DNA from: Heptranchias perlo
Taxonomy: Eukaryota
Assembly: GCF_035084215.1 (NCBI RefSeq)
Contig: NC_090349.1
Coordinates: 20,770,001 to 20,834,000 of the forward strand
DNA length: 64,000 bases
Direction: 5' to 3'
The notes beneath the pieces are model-generated. The model did no database searches and was not told where the DNA came from. It saw only the letters and a program-made list of their open reading frames with translations. Shown here piece by piece: positions 62,926-64,000 of this stretch. Position 1 is the stretch's first letter, and each line of letters starts with the position of its first letter. The position numbers and the translations under genes are program-made.

Positions 62926-63494
62926 TTAATTTTCCTACCCATCTCCAAATTGTAACAGTTCAAGGCTACTTTTGTTTGTTCAAAAGTATTGTAATGTGCA
63001 GTATATTATTGCTGCACTATGTATTATTAACATTGCAGATTTGTTCTCGTTGCTCTCCAAATGGGGAGTTCCAAATCTCAGTCGGGTCGCCACGGTGAAT
63101 ATCAAGTTTAGGCAAGGCAATTCTCCACGGGAAGAGAGCAAAATTGGAAGCCAAGTCATCCTGGATCACTTTAATTGTGCATCTCCTAGTACTGTAGCTG
63201 CTTCAAGAGGAGGCAGAGGTCTGGGACCAGGTTACCTGTCTGCCCTGTTAGCCAGAGAATGTTGCGTGGGGTTATATAAAATGTTGTATAAATAAGAGCA
63301 ACGGAAAATGGTTTTCAAAAATGCAAACTCAACGTTCTGTGACCTCTTCCATTCTCCAATTCTACATACTGTAATGTTCAATATTTAAAACACTGTAATC
63401 AATCACCTATTTTAAAAAGCTACAAGGAGTGCAGTATCGAGTGGTAGTGTTCACAAAGTTTTCTCATAGATTTGTAAAATTCATGTTGTTATCT

Positions 63495-64000
63495 GTTCAG
63501 TTCTATTCACAACCCCTCAGATAATGAAGCAGTCCGAGCCCGCATGCAGCAAGACCTGGACAACATCCAGGCTTGGGCTGATAAGTGGCAAGTAACATTC
63601 GCGCCAGGCAATGACCATCTCCAACAAGAGTGTCTAACCACCTCCCCTTCACATTCAATGGCATTACCATCGCCGAATCCCCCACCGTCAACATCCTGGG
63701 GGTCACCATTGACCAGAAACTTAACTGCACCAGCCATATAAATACTGTGGCTACAAGAGCAGGTCAGAGGCTGGGTATTCTGCGGCGAGTGACTCACCTC
63801 CTGACTCCCCAAAGCATTTCCACCATCAACAAGGCACAAGTCAGGAGTGTGATGGAATACTCTCCATTTGCCTGGATGAGTGCAGCTCCAACAACACTCA
63901 AGAAGCTCAACACCATCCAGGACAAAGCAGCCCGCTTGATTGGCACCCCATCCACCACCCTAAACATTCACTCCCTTTACCACCAGCGCACTGTGGCTGC
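63495..64000 (+). mobile_element. CR1-group LINE RT C-terminal fragment of a distinct family, running off the window
   Basis: Reads MQQDLDNIQAWADKWQVTFAP, then NILGVTIDQKL...KAQVRSVMEYS. Confidence 0.85.

Overview
This is a eukaryotic, repeat-dominated window that looks intronic or intergenic. The repeat families point to a cartilaginous fish (shark-like), which is an inference. I found no host protein-coding exon I can support, and nearly all long ORFs are transposon-derived. DNA transposons: two full-length but inactivated two-gene PIF/Harbinger transposons (HARBI1-like DDE transposase plus a spliced three-exon Myb/SANT-like gene), remnants of a third, and several Harbinger-type MITEs with 3-bp TSDs. 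Retroelements: several CR1 LINEs (two with an SGNH-esterase ORF1 remnant, one young copy with a 750-codon open ORF2 fragment), a decayed L2, a 5'-truncated Tx1-clade LINE inserted with an 11-bp TSD into the Deu domain of a SINE, two tRNA-head SINE families, and Penelope-like palindromic relics. The most notable points are the non-canonical Tx1 target site, a shared subterminal motif and splice-donor architecture in the Harbinger/MITE family, and multi-level TE nesting that orders the waves of activity. Family names come from motif recognition and memory, not database searches, and boundaries of decayed repeats are approximate.
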